DNA of 63,123 bases, the filler included, from Olpidium bornovanus S191 (Eukaryota; Fungi; Olpidiomycota): NCBI GenBank assembly GCA_017911155.1. It is 28 parts of 28 records of this genome, joined end to end, with 100 filler letters (N's around TTAATTAATTAA, not from the genome) between each part and the next. Parts side by side here need not be neighbours in the genome. Positions count along the whole stretch, not along the records: positions 59,895 to 61,671 come from JAEFCI010007035.1; positions 61,772 to 63,123 come from JAEFCI010011281.1; 26 more parts are not named here. The stretch is one strand, 5' to 3'. The notes below the pieces were generated by a model. It saw only the letters and a program-made list of their open reading frames with translations, was not told the origin of the DNA and made no database searches. The position numbers and the translations under genes were made by a program. The first letter of the stretch is position 1. Each line of letters begins with the position of its first letter. Shown piece by piece: positions 61,651 through 63,123 of the stretch.

Positions 61651-63123
61651 CAAATACCCTAATCCTTCATGNNNNNNNNNNNNNNNNNNNNNNNNNNNNN
61701 NNNNNNNNNNNNNNNTTAATTAATTAANNNNNNNNNNNNNNNNNNNNNNNNNNNNNNNNNNNNNNNNNNNNCATGACCAGCAAGTGACAGGGACGCGCCG
61801 TCGCTGTGCAACGCGGCCCTTGAGCCATACCCGGCCGGGATTCTAAGTCCCAGTATCATCGCAGAGATGTGCACGGCTTTGGCCGAGGGTTTCGGCCACG
61901 CCATTTTTCGTGCCGATAAACTTTTGGGGAACTGAATCGGATCACCGTGAAGCCGAATCAGTGCACCGGCAACCGCACCCCAAAAAGGACCGGCTGCCGC
62001 TGCGCCATAGTCCCGGGGCCGCTTACATCCATGTGGCAAAACGACAGCCGTAGCTGACTTCGGCACCGCGGCACATCCTTCGTGGCTCTGGCGGCGGCGA
62101 GCCCTGCGAAAGTATGCGGCGGAGGCGCGGCAATTTCTAAAAGACAATTTTTTGCTTTGCGAACGAGGCAAATCTGATTCAAATTTGCGGGGCAGGTTAC
62201 TGCGAAAGAACGGCGACTCCGGCGGCGGCGAGCCCGTAACGGTAAAGAGATATAGGCGGAGGAGCCGCTGAGTCGCCCAGTTTGTATAGCGGAGCTGGCT
62301 CGATAACTCGCCGGATGCCCTGCGTCTTTTGTACCCCGGAAAACGGAAGAGTATTTATTATAGGGCACGAAATGCGACAGAATAGCACCGAGGGGGAGAG
62401 GGGGGTGTGCACAGACAGCGGGGACGCTGTCTGGCAAGGGCGTTCAGCGCAAAGCGGATGTTTCGACAATCAGGGTTATGGCCCAAGGTTTTCGAAAGCG
62501 GCGGCGTGGTCGAGACGGGGTTCCGGTTAAAAAACTTGTCTGAAAGGCGCCGCCGTATCAAACCGGCTGATTGCTTTGAGCAAGAGGCTTCCGAAAGCGG
62601 CCTCGAGATACGTTTATTCCTGCGTCTGTTGCGCACAGAGGACGCCAAAATAACGGGTGAATGTCAAAACGTCTTTGGAAAACCGCAGGGTTGTTGGGGT
62701 CGTCGATCGAGAAATGGGTCGGCAGTGTGCCTCGTCGCAATTTGCGATTAGCCGTTGTTTTTTTTTTGCTTCGTTGTGGAGGAAGGACGTTTCCGTCCCC
62801 CGGGGGAGAATGCCGTTCTCGTACGTACAGCGCGTTTTGCTGTCACGGCGCTCGGCACGCCCTCCGACGCCCTTCCCCTGCCTGCGGGGAAGGCGGGCTA
62901 CGCGGGGCCCAGCTAAGCCGCGTCACGTGACCCATGACCTGCCTTGGTCCACCAGACGCACCGCCAGCGCATCTGTTGTGCCGGCGTGTCTTGTCGCGCC
63001 GTCATGTAACCAACCCAACTCTAGACCTGGGACTAGGGCCTTTGTTTTGGTAAAAAACCACCTTGGCGGCGGGCATAGCGCGAAAGACTGGTGGTGTTTA
63101 AGCCGCAATATCGGCTCATCACA

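Noticed and set aside
61772-62930. ORFs 61716..62171 and 62407..62751
   Set aside because: No motif, splice pattern or codon signal strong enough to support a gene call.
63040-63123. Box C/D snoRNA (TGATGA on the minus strand at the window end)
   Set aside because: No box D (CTGA) at a suitable distance, and the sequence is cut by the window edge.

Overview
This window is not one genomic locus. It is 28 short contigs (about 1-5.5 kb each) joined by 27 artificial 100-nt linkers (44 N + TTAATTAATTAA + 44 N), so adjacency means something only inside a contig. The source is a GC-rich, intron-rich eukaryote (GT-AG introns, intron-containing tRNA-Tyr). It has fungal-type genes (Sed5, Ypt7/Rab7, Tra1, Iws1/Spn1, Byr4/Bfa1-like, EGD1, SCO1, pyruvate kinase) and also an IFT43-like exon. 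That combination points to a flagellated, early-diverging (zoosporic) fungus; an Olpidium-like organism is a guess I cannot verify. Most genes are cut by contig ends. There are decayed Copia, Gypsy-like and Harbinger elements, an intronless SUB2 pseudogene, and a roughly 230-bp degenerate repeat family found on two separate contigs. The most interesting locus is a viperin/RSAD2 5' exon lying head-to-head (1.1 kb, same contig) with a complete, strongly codon-biased NmrA-like gene encoding 15 Cys in 342 aa. No CRISPR array or rRNA was seen. Many ORF-track entries are artefacts of homopolymers or of the linkers. All protein family calls come from motif recognition by eye; no database search was run.
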